A DNA stretch of 27,972 bases from a virus (Duplodnaviria > Caudoviricetes). The notes under the pieces were generated by a model. It saw only the letters and a program-made list of their open reading frames with translations, made no database searches and was not told the DNA's origin. A program made the position numbers and the translations under genes. The stretch lies in IMG/VR virus record IMGVR_UViG_3300042366_000602, positions 1 through 27,972 of that record. One strand, 5' to 3'. Each line of letters opens with the position of its first letter. Position 1 is the stretch's first letter. This document shows, in pieces, positions 15,801-22,787 of this stretch.

Positions 15801-17231
15801 ACCAGCTTTAGCAGAATCTTCAACCTTAGTCGCTGCCATCGTTGCTGCCCCAACATCACCAAGAGTGTAGTCAGTAGCAGCAGTTGCTGTTGGAGTTTCA
15901 CCGGCAAATTTAGCAGCAGTGACATCTGTCGGTGCTGCCATTGTTTGTGCTGTAGCTGTTTTAGCAGCATCAGCTTTAGCAGCATCTTCAACCTTAGTCG
16001 CTGCCATCTTCGCCGTGCCTGCAGCGCCAAGAGTATAGTCAGTGACGGCTTTAGCTTCTGGTGTAGTTCCAGCAAGCTTAGCAGCTTCTGCTGTAAAAGT
16101 CTTATCCGTAGTTTGAGCAACAGCAGAAGGAATACCACCAACATCAGCAGCAGTAGCTGCCTTTGCAAGCATTTCATCTGTTTGCTTTAGTGGCGTAACA
16201 GGCGTCACTGTTGTAGCAGTGGCTGGAGCAACAGTTTTAGCTATAGCTCCTTCAGACAATGTTCCTTGTTGTGCTACAGCTTTAGCACCCTCTGACACTG
16301 TTCCTTTTTCTGCGAAGAGCTTATTCATTTGCTCTTGTACATCGGACAACGCTGTAGTTGCCGTATAGGTTTGTCCTGCTGCTACCTGCGCTGCTGTCGC
16401 CTGTTCTGCAACACCCGCTGTCTTTAATGTTGCTGTAGGCGCTGTACCGAGCTTATAAGCAGAATCTGTAGGATCAAGCTTCAAACCTTCTGTAGAAGTC
16501 TGTTGCGCCTGTACCTGCTGCGTTGCACCAGCAATGGGAACACCTGTTTCAGTATATTGTGTAGCAGGAGTTGTCTTTGGAATAGTGGTGCCTGCTTTAG
16601 AAGCAATGCCTTGCAACGCTGTCCAATCAGCGTCTGTTTGTTTAGTGCCGAGAGCAGTGTCAACACCAGCGCGAATTTGAGCGTCAGTGAAGCCTTCAGA
16701 ACGCAAACGATTATATTCAGCAGCTTTCTGTGCTGCTGTTGCTGTTTTAGTGTCGATGTTCAGCTTGACTGGCTTTGTGGTTGCACCACTTGTTGCGTCG
16801 TCTACGGTGAACGCACTGGCATCCGTTACTGTATCTGGGCGTACTCGTGGTGATTGACGACCAGTGTCGGCGCGAACACCACTACCGGACGCCCTAGCAA
16901 GAGAAGTTAATGCAGACCAATCAGAATCTGTTTGAGTACCTGCAGCATTGCGAATTTGTGCATCAGTAAAACCAGCACCAATAAGACGATTATATTCAGC
17001 AGCTTTCTGTGCTGCTGTTGCTGTTTTAAGATCAATATTAAATGTTACCGCACCACCAGCAGCATACTTCTTAACAACACCGCCCTTAGCCATGTATTTA
17101 TCAGCAACCATGCCATACTTCATAGCCAAAGCAGGAGAGCTTTTCAAAAACTCATCGAAGCCCTGCATAGGGCCTTCGTAACCAAGCTTACGGGCTACGA
17201 TTTCTTTTTGCTTTGCGGTGAATTTACTCAT
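12861..17231 (-). CDS. very long Ala/Gln/Asn-rich virion protein (putative DNA pilot/ejection tube)
   Basis: 1456 aa with three repeat classes. Hydrophobic Gly/Ala segment (WAAGAMRAANAAMAARGLGGSSMAAAAII) precedes a long periodic Q/N region. Confidence 0.65.
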   Translation of the reverse strand: MSKFTAKQKEIVARKLGYEGPMQGFDEFLKSSPALAMKYGMVADKYMAKGGVVKKYAAGGAVTFNIDLKTATAAQKAAEYNRLIGAGFTDAQIRNAAGTQTDSDWSALTSLARASGSGVRADTGRQSPRVRPDTVTDASAFTVDDATSGATTKPVKLNIDTKTATAAQKAAEYNRLRSEGFTDAQIRAGVDTALGTKQTDADWTALQGIASKAGTTIPKTTPATQYTETGVPIAGATQQVQAQQTSTEGLKLDPTDSAYKLGTAPTATLKTAGVAEQATAAQVAAGQTYTATTALSDVQEQMNKLFAEKGTVSEGAKAVAQQGTLSEGAIAKTVAPATATTVTPVTPLKQTDEMLAKAATAADVGGIPSAVAQTTDKTFTAEAAKLAGTTPEAKAVTDYTLGAAGTAKMAATKVEDAAKADAAKTATAQTMAAPTDVTAAKFAGETPTATAATDYTLGDVGAATMAATKVEDSAKAGAAEQAKAATVAKPTDVTAAKFTGVTPTAQAVTKYNLGAVQTATLTATAVEAAAKAGVIPQEIAQQTAAQSTVIAQERQVANEEIVDIAKQALQITEPVKAIAAVADKLNQDAVAIAQQGNFSQALASTEQGRVEAAATIQGQLTSLMQQFNDGTPAWAAGAMRAANAAMAARGLGGSSMAAAAIIQSAMESATPIAAADAQTFAQMNLTNLNNRQQVALANAAASQNIELANLNARQQAMLQNSANAFSLQSQNLSNQQAVVLANAQIAAAVQQKNLDVKTSVSLANAAKYAEVNNLNLTNRQQAMLQRSAENIQIDLANLNTRQQTAIANLQVRGAIAGQELNNQQQMAMLRSTQSFEAAQFNANAQQQAFIADFQARAALEEKVLSNQQQTALFNASAVLDERKINLTNEQQTLLFNSTNALQVDITNASNAQQTALANLQVRASLQQQELTNDQQMAVLQSTQTFEAAEFNANAKQQAFITKFNADAALKGQVLSNQQQTQLFNASAVLDERKIELSNDQQTLLFNAANKLQVDTANLSNKQQTALANLQVSAALQGQELSNEQQMAVLQSTQNFESAQFDATAQQQAFIAEFNADAALKGQVLSNQQQTSLFNVSSQLQERGLKFNAEQQVNLLNTTNAMQIALANTSNKQQTALANAQIDAALKGQELSNKQQVNITNAARVAEIAQTNFTAEQQNALANANFIQQINLQDMSNKQATVLANAATTASMDMANLNARQQTAVQNAQAFLAMDMANLDNTQKTSLFKAQQLAQVALSDAAAENAASQFNAANKQQADQFSASLSTQVSQFNSAQKNAMTQFNTGQENAMEQFNSQMKSQREQFNVTNRTVIDQANAQLLAQVSTANTAAVNAANIANAQSMNNMTSAQYNNEVMLYRDQVKMVYDSYERAEDRAASMATALLQSQTQRGIADSAADAAASASLGRLLGSVLGTDTGEKIVEKIGDVLDWLNPFKG
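13800..14850 (-). repeat. about three copies of a 330-bp (110-aa = 5 x 22-aa) repeat
   Basis: Identical 30-mer at 14139-14168 and 14469-14498, 330 bp apart. NxQQ-like motif recurs every 22 aa. Bounds approximate. Confidence 0.9.
15636..16086 (-). repeat. about three copies of a 168-bp (56-aa) Ala/Thr-rich repeat
   Basis: AAK.AG.TP.A.A.TDYTLG...MAATKVED. Identical 25-mer at 15816 and 15984. Bounds approximate. Confidence 0.9.
16600..17045 (-). repeat. duplicated ~50-aa domain (KTATAAQKAAEYNRL..GFTDAQIR..QTD.DW.AL)
   Basis: Identical 43-mer at 16707-16749 and 16986-17028. Confidence 0.92.
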
Positions 17232-17542
17232 ACTACTTTTCTCGGTGAAAGTAAGGCATCGTTGATATATGGCATTAAAGCGGCATTATCTCTAAGAAGA
17301 GCAATGATTCCACTGGTAATACAATATACTTGCCTTTCTGATAGCTCAAGTTGAAATATCTCATCAATGATGTGCAACGATTCATGTAACAATGTGTCAG
17401 CTTCTAATAGCTGTTGCTGCCCATCCTTAACAACAATTGTGCATGTTTCAAAATTTACACCACCAACTTGATCATCATATTCCTCAACTTTTACTACGTC
17501 ATATTCTCTACCAACAATTTTCAACAAAGATGGAATAGTCAT
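17228..17542 (-). CDS. small HExxH zincin-like metallopeptidase-fold protein
   Basis: DTLLHESLHII followed by a downstream Glu (LSERQV). ATGA-coupled on both sides. Confidence 0.6.
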   Translation of the reverse strand: MTIPSLLKIVGREYDVVKVEEYDDQVGGVNFETCTIVVKDGQQQLLEADTLLHESLHIIDEIFQLELSERQVYCITSGIIALLRDNAALMPYINDALLSPRKVV

Positions 17543-18021
17543 TTGAGTAGTTTCGCTTCTGCTTGTCTACGTCTGGTAAGACCTGCCATTATTCTACCAG
17601 CAGCTTTGTTCCACTTCACTATTTCTTCTGATGCACCAACCCAATCTTTAGCATCAACACGTTTCTTCAGTGTTGATATGCGATAGTTTCTGAGTCCGCA
17701 GTTATACGCGAAAGAAATAATTGCAGCAAGACGTCTCGGAGGCTCTTGCAACAGCGTTGGAGACATTGTCAATACCCCAGCGCAGAAGTGTAACAAATGA
17801 TTGTCTAGGGACGCTTCAGCCTGTTGTTGCGTCCACACTGTGTTGTGTTTCACTTCAGGGCCTGTGCTGCCCCATCCTATCGTCCAAGGCTGTGCGCCTG
17901 TGCCGGGATCGGGATAGGCATGACAATCTCCGTTAGGAAGTCGTCTAGCATATCCCTCAAACGGCTTACACAATGTTTCTTTAGCAATACTTATTGCTTC
18001 AGCGACTTGAGTATTTCTCAA
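17539..18021 (-). CDS. endolysin, GH24 phage lysozyme
   Basis: FEG...AYPD..WTIGWGST, AIISFAYNCG, STLKK, W..A.G..MAGLTRRRQAE. TTG start overlaps the HNH stop, with AAGGA upstream. Confidence 0.92.
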   Translation of the reverse strand: MRNTQVAEAISIAKETLCKPFEGYARRLPNGDCHAYPDPGTGAQPWTIGWGSTGPEVKHNTVWTQQQAEASLDNHLLHFCAGVLTMSPTLLQEPPRRLAAIISFAYNCGLRNYRISTLKKRVDAKDWVGASEEIVKWNKAAGRIMAGLTRRRQAEAKLLK

Positions 18022-18587
18022 ACAAAAAAATTCCTTTTAGAACAATTCTGAGAAGCGGTTATTACTTGAAGATTCCACGGTACATGAAGTCCACAAACAA
18101 TTTTTCCACGAAGAGGAACAATGTGATCAACATGATATTTAACACCTGTTGTTTCGGTTCGAATTTTTGCAATATCATAAAATTGTTGAATGAGCCATTT
18201 GTCATCTTTTGAAAGCCATGACGGAAACGCATGCATTTTACTTGTGTATCTTTGCATACAGTTTGAATTGTGTCGTTCTCTATTGTTAATGACCCATTCT
18301 CGCGCACGTTGCTTATACTTTTCAGAATTATTTTTATAATGTTCAGTAGACGTTTTTCTATATTTTTCTTTATTTTTCTGATAGTGTTGACGTTTCTTTT
18401 CTAATTTAAGATGTCTTCGTTCTTCTTTTTCTCTTATTAAAGTTTCTTCATTTTTTGGTGGCTTTCTTCGCGCAGCATTTATACACTCTCGACACCATCC
18501 CTGAAGACCATCTTTAGATTTTTTGTTAGTGCAGAAAAAAGATGACTGTTTTTCTGACTTACATTTGCTACATTTTTTGATTATCAT
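18018..18587 (-). CDS. free-standing HNH homing-type endonuclease
   Basis: N-terminal CSKC...WCREC and C-terminal YHVDHIVPLRGK.VCGLHVPWNLQVITASQNCSKRN. Visibly AT-rich. True ATG at 18587 overlaps the holin TGA. Confidence 0.88.
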   Translation of the reverse strand: MIIKKCSKCKSEKQSSFFCTNKKSKDGLQGWCRECINAARRKPPKNEETLIREKEERRHLKLEKKRQHYQKNKEKYRKTSTEHYKNNSEKYKQRAREWVINNRERHNSNCMQRYTSKMHAFPSWLSKDDKWLIQQFYDIAKIRTETTGVKYHVDHIVPLRGKIVCGLHVPWNLQVITASQNCSKRNFFV

Positions 18588-19075
18588 CGAGGTGACGAGT
18601 GATACCTGTCTATGGTGCGCCCCAAAAACCAAAATGTTAAAATCATCATCAACATAGCAAAATCTTCTTCTGACCACACTTGATTAGCAATATCAATGGC
18701 AGCTACACCAGTGTTGATTGCATAGGTGACAGTGACGATTTTTACTGTGACGTACATTCCAAAAAGCAACCAAGTGATGCCGGGACGAACCAACGCAGAA
18801 ACGCTAGCAACCCATTTCCATGCTTTGCTGTCTGCTTCGGCTTGTTGCTTAAATGCTTCACCGATAGCTTCTAAACTTGTCTTGCTAAAGTCTACGTATT
18901 TCTCTTCCATGCGAAACTGACCTCTCACTTTCTCAAGATCAGTTTGTAGCGTAAACATTTTCAGTTCATGAAAGCGTTCATCCTTCTTGTCGAAGAATTT
19001 CAACACTTCTGGTGCAAGACGGAACAGCCCTCCTAAGAGGGCTCCGATAAAGCCTGTGCCAACAAAGTCAAGCAT
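18584..19075 (-). CDS. putative holin (3TM/GTA-holin-like)
   Basis: Hydrophobic N-terminus, WV..SALVRP.IT transmembrane segment and C-terminal IL.FWFLGR. Lies upstream of the endolysin. Confidence 0.7.
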   Translation of the reverse strand: MLDFVGTGFIGALLGGLFRLAPEVLKFFDKKDERFHELKMFTLQTDLEKVRGQFRMEEKYVDFSKTSLEAIGEAFKQQAEADSKAWKWVASVSALVRPGITWLLFGMYVTVKIVTVTYAINTGVAAIDIANQVWSEEDFAMLMMILTFWFLGRTIDRYHSSPR

Positions 19076-19356
19076 TACACACCTCCTTGGATTGAGTCAT
19101 CACCGCCGAGTACATCGACGACCTGCGTATCGGGCAAGACAATGACTTCAGTTGACACTTCTTCAATCCAACGCTCTTCGGACTGGCTCCAAGACCAATT
19201 GCCTTCAGGCTTAACAGGACGCACCACCCAGCCCGGAGGGAACCACCACACAACCTCTTGACCGTCTCCAGCTACAGGAGGCTCAGGCACTTCGATCCAG
19301 CCGTCAGTGCCGTCTGTTTCGGGCTTAGGGATTGATCCAAGTTTTGAATACAGCAT
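19075..19356 (-). CDS. Trp/Pro-rich small protein, possible tail-fibre assembly factor (93 aa)
   Basis: ATG at 19356, 5 nt after the LamG gene stop. Contains the WSWSQSEERW motif. Confidence 0.65.
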   Translation of the reverse strand: MLYSKLGSIPKPETDGTDGWIEVPEPPVAGDGQEVVWWFPPGWVVRPVKPEGNWSWSQSEERWIEEVSTEVIVLPDTQVVDVLGGDDSIQGGV

Positions 19357-19361
19357 TTGAG

Positions 19362-21488
19362 TTAGAGCGTAAAAAACGGCGCAATCGGGGCCGTGAAGTT
19401 GGCGGTGTAGCGGGCAAAGCCTTTGGTGATGCGCAGGTCGTCGATATAGCCGTTGAAATTGCCCGACGATGCGCTGACGGCTCCAATCCAACTTGATGAA
19501 GTCGCTGGTAAATTCAGATTTGTTGAAAATGTCCCGCTTGTTTGCTGTGTTCCATTTACAAAAAGTCTTAAAGTTGTTCCAGATCGTGTAGCAGCAAAAT
19601 GGTTCCACGTAGAATTTAATAGTGTACTGGCTGTAAAAGTAAGCGAACCAGAACCAAAAAGTTCTACGTAAATAGTCCCGCCAGATACTACGTAAGATTC
19701 TATACACCCAGCCGTTTGAGACGTGCCCAAAACAAAAAAGCGCGGCCACCCACCACCTATGGTTGAACTGTTGTTTGCCGTGGAGCCATACACCCACATC
19801 TCAATGGTGAAGTCACCTGTTCCAAACGCCAAGTTAACATTGGCTGGTGTAGACAGCGCATCCCCCGTCCCATCAAACGCAATAGAAGACCCACCCCATT
19901 TACTCTGCGTAGTGCTGATCTGCGCATTACCCACCGTCTCAAGGTTGTTCATCATCGCGTTGTCAATGACGCCTGCGTTGGTGTAGTTGAGCAGGAGGCT
20001 GGTGTTAGTGATGGCGGTGAGAGGTGCTGTGGGGACTGTATAAGTCGCGCCGGTATACAGCGCCGTGCCATTGATGCATCTGGCGTTGCTTATATACGCA
20101 TTTGACGGATAAGCTGTACCACCAATGTAATTGTTTGAATCTGTGGGCAAAGCAGTACCGGAAGAAATTGCTGTTGTTGTTGCTACCCGTACTCCGTCTG
20201 CATAAACTGAATAAGTACCACCGTTACGAACAGCCGCTATGTGATGCCAAGCAAATGGGGGGAAAACTGCAGGAAATGAACCGATAATTGCCGCCCAATT
20301 TGAGGCTGCAGTATTAGGTATTAGCAAATCAACAGCGCCGGTGCCGCCACCACCAATCTCAAGTCTTAATGAATAAGAACTACCTCGTAAACTTAGGACG
20401 GTGTGCGATGCAGTTGTGAGTGGATACACCCATGCCTCAATAGTAAAATCTCCCGTTGCTGGGATAGCAGTTCCGTTAAAATATAAGTTATCCCCCGTCC
20501 CATCAAAGTACCCACTGCCACCATTTGTCCCTGCAGCATACGAGGCAGTCGGAGAGAACGGGCTGAAGACTTGGACGCTTACATCGCCGTTGCGTGTGAT
20601 GGTGAAGTTGTTGGCGCTGTTGTCAATGAAGCGGTTGCTTTGACAGGTCAGCAGACTGGTGTTGGTGATGGCGGTGAGAGGTGCTGTGGGTGGAGTGAAG
20701 TTGGCTGTATATACAGCAGATCCTTTTACATACCTAAAATTAGATATGTAACCGCCAAAATTAGTAGCCCCTGTGCCAGTATTTGCGGTGCCGATTCGAA
20801 ACCCATTAGTAACTTGATTTATTGCTGCGCTGCTTGTAGTTGTGTATGCCTGAGTTCCGTTTACATACGCTGTAAATGTGCTGCCGCTTCTTACATAAGC
20901 AAAATGTGCCCAAGTATTTTTAACACTTGCAACGGAACACAACACTCCACCTGATATTATATTCCACGTTGAACCGTTAGACGTTGCATACCACAATATG
21001 TCTGTACCATCTGAATACCCAAGCAGCATCCCATTTTGGGCGCTACCTCCAGTATCTGTTCTGCATACACAAGTCTGACTTGCTCCGCTAGTTATAAATA
21101 CCCAAAATTCGATTGTAAAATCCGAAGTTCCTAATTGAAAAGCCGTGTTGGTTGGAGTTTCAAAATATGTTCCACTACTCGGGCCATTAAAGAAGTTACT
21201 CCAGTTCGCCCCATACGGAGCAAACGTACCTTGCGTGGTGTTGCCGTTACGGGTGATGCTGAAGTTGTTGGTGCTGCTGTCTAGGAACGTGTTGTTCTGC
21301 GCTCCGTTGGTGCCGTTGCCGGGCAGGAGCATGGTGACGTAGTTGAACTGCAGATCAACCGGCCTCGGCCATGTACCCGCCTTGATGTACTGCTGCGCCT
21401 GATCCAGAGTCCATATCCCCGGCGCTGCGCTTGTTGTCGGCGCAGTGGGGTTTGCCATGATGAAACCACCGGGGTATTGTTTAGACAT
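19362..21488 (-). CDS. triple concanavalin A-like/LamG domain virion protein (putative receptor binding)
   Basis: Three DFTIE.WV...W.H.A..R.G.....V.G...GYI...R units. Confidence 0.88.
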   Translation of the reverse strand: MSKQYPGGFIMANPTAPTTSAAPGIWTLDQAQQYIKAGTWPRPVDLQFNYVTMLLPGNGTNGAQNNTFLDSSTNNFSITRNGNTTQGTFAPYGANWSNFFNGPSSGTYFETPTNTAFQLGTSDFTIEFWVFITSGASQTCVCRTDTGGSAQNGMLLGYSDGTDILWYATSNGSTWNIISGGVLCSVASVKNTWAHFAYVRSGSTFTAYVNGTQAYTTTSSAAINQVTNGFRIGTANTGTGATNFGGYISNFRYVKGSAVYTANFTPPTAPLTAITNTSLLTCQSNRFIDNSANNFTITRNGDVSVQVFSPFSPTASYAAGTNGGSGYFDGTGDNLYFNGTAIPATGDFTIEAWVYPLTTASHTVLSLRGSSYSLRLEIGGGGTGAVDLLIPNTAASNWAAIIGSFPAVFPPFAWHHIAAVRNGGTYSVYADGVRVATTTAISSGTALPTDSNNYIGGTAYPSNAYISNARCINGTALYTGATYTVPTAPLTAITNTSLLLNYTNAGVIDNAMMNNLETVGNAQISTTQSKWGGSSIAFDGTGDALSTPANVNLAFGTGDFTIEMWVYGSTANNSSTIGGGWPRFFVLGTSQTAGCIESYVVSGGTIYVELFGSGSLTFTASTLLNSTWNHFAATRSGTTLRLFVNGTQQTSGTFSTNLNLPATSSSWIGAVSASSGNFNGYIDDLRITKGFARYTANFTAPIAPFFTL
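19999..20690. repeat. 35-bp direct repeat pair (34/35 identical) encoding PTAPLTAITNTS
   Basis: Copies at 19999-20033 and 20656-20690. A further identical 18-mer occurs at 19860-19877 and 20490-20507. Confidence 0.92.
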
Positions 21489-21846
21489 TGGCTACCTCAA
21501 TCCAAGACTGACTTGCTTCATCCCACACATACCGTTTGCCGTTAGTTGGGTACGGCACGGGCGCTTCCCAGCGACAAGTGGCCTCGTCGAGCACCCACGA
21601 CGGGTACGGCTTGGGCGGGATGAACGCATCGCGCTGGCTGTCGTAGGTAAAGCCAATCCCTGCGTAGTTCTTGCGAATGTTGGCGTTATAGCTGGTTTGA
21701 ACCCAAGTTGTTCCGGGAAACAGCGACTGACAGAACACAATGCCCTTGGCTTCAGATTCAACGCCGTTATCCAGCAGTTCGTTGTTGTGGATGACGATGA
21801 CCTGAAGCACTACGTTGTTATCGTCAAGTTGTGCAAAGTGAGCCAT
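21481..21846 (-). CDS. phage tail-associated small protein (MAHFA... type, 121 aa)
   Basis: ATG at 21846 with GAGG SD. WVQTSYN..IRKNYAGIG.TYD..RDAFIPPKPYPSW and Y.WDE..QSW motifs. Confidence 0.8.
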   Translation of the reverse strand: MAHFAQLDDNNVVLQVIVIHNNELLDNGVESEAKGIVFCQSLFPGTTWVQTSYNANIRKNYAGIGFTYDSQRDAFIPPKPYPSWVLDEATCRWEAPVPYPTNGKRYVWDEASQSWIEVANV

Positions 21847-21853
21847 TGATACC

Positions 21854-22777
21854 TCAGAACGTAATCGTGCCAGAGGCGTTGAACTGGTAAATTGTGCGGC
21901 CACCGGATGTGGTTACCGTGGGGGAGCCGGTGGTGGATGCTGCTGCAACTGGTGCAGAGATGATGACTACACCAGAGCCACCTGCTCCTGCTGCAGTGCC
22001 GGTACTCCAAAAAGCTGCGCCGCCGCCGCCGCCTGTGTTTGTTGTGCCAGAAACGCCATTTGGAGACGCAGAACCGCCTCCGCCGCCTCCGCCGCCATTA
22101 CCACCAGATGATGAATCGGCTCGGCTAGAACCTCCACCGCCGCCGCCGCCACCAGCCCTAAATATCGATGTGCCAGTTATTGATGACGCTAATCCCGCGC
22201 CACCATTTCCAACTGGAGTAGAGTTTGGATTAACTGGGCCATTTGAACCGGCTGCACCAGCGCCACCGCCACCGCCACCCCCATATAAATCGCCTTCGCC
22301 GCCGCTATTCCCCTGCCCGCTTGTTCCACTTGCGCCAGGGTCATCTGCACTTCCCCCGCCACTACCTCCAGTTAAAGGGGCTCGGTCAGGGTTGCTGTAT
22401 GCACCGCCGCCACCGCCACCGGTTGAAGTAATAGATGAAAATACAGAATTACTTCCACTAGTTCCACGCCCAGTAAGTGCCGCTCCATTACCAGCGGCAC
22501 CACCCCCACCAACAGTTACCGTAAGCGCGGATCCCGTACTAACACTAAAACTTGAAGCAGCAAGATACCCACCTGCGCCACCTCCACCGCCAAGTTGTGA
22601 TCCGCCGCCACCGCCTCCTGCAATAACAAGGTAATCAACCAAAAAAAGTTGGGGCGGCCAACCACTCCCAGCAATAGCCTGCAACTGTTGCTCAAGCGTC
22701 CAGATGCCCGGAGCACTACTTGATGAAGTAGTCGGTGGCGTAGCGGAGATTACCCCGCCTTTGTAGCGCATGCTCAT
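21854..22777 (-). CDS. glycine-rich domain virion protein
   Basis: VDYLVIAGGGGGG...VTVGGGG...GGSGVVII...IYQFNASGTITF. GGAG SD. Confidence 0.85.
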   Translation of the reverse strand: MSMRYKGGVISATPPTTSSSSAPGIWTLEQQLQAIAGSGWPPQLFLVDYLVIAGGGGGGSQLGGGGGAGGYLAASSFSVSTGSALTVTVGGGGAAGNGAALTGRGTSGSNSVFSSITSTGGGGGGAYSNPDRAPLTGGSGGGSADDPGASGTSGQGNSGGEGDLYGGGGGGGAGAAGSNGPVNPNSTPVGNGGAGLASSITGTSIFRAGGGGGGGGSSRADSSSGGNGGGGGGGGSASPNGVSGTTNTGGGGGAAFWSTGTAAGAGGSGVVIISAPVAAASTTGSPTVTTSGGRTIYQFNASGTITF

Positions 22778-22787
22778 GCTGCGCTCC

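Noticed and set aside
14823-16190. Long Cys/Ser/Leu-rich alternative ORFs
   Set aside because: Off-frame or antisense products of the Ala/Gln repeat gene.
18018-18677. Group I intron around the HNH, and the longer GTG start at 18677
   Set aside because: No non-coding room for an intron core. Holin and endolysin are intact, and the ATG at 18587 fits coupling.
19362-21488. Diversity-generating retroelement or invertible shufflon
   Set aside because: No reverse transcriptase or recombinase in the window. Repeats are short, direct and coding, with no adenine-specific TR/VR pair.
21894-22634. 246-aa proline-rich plus-strand ORF
   Set aside because: Mirror of the glycine codons on the coding strand.
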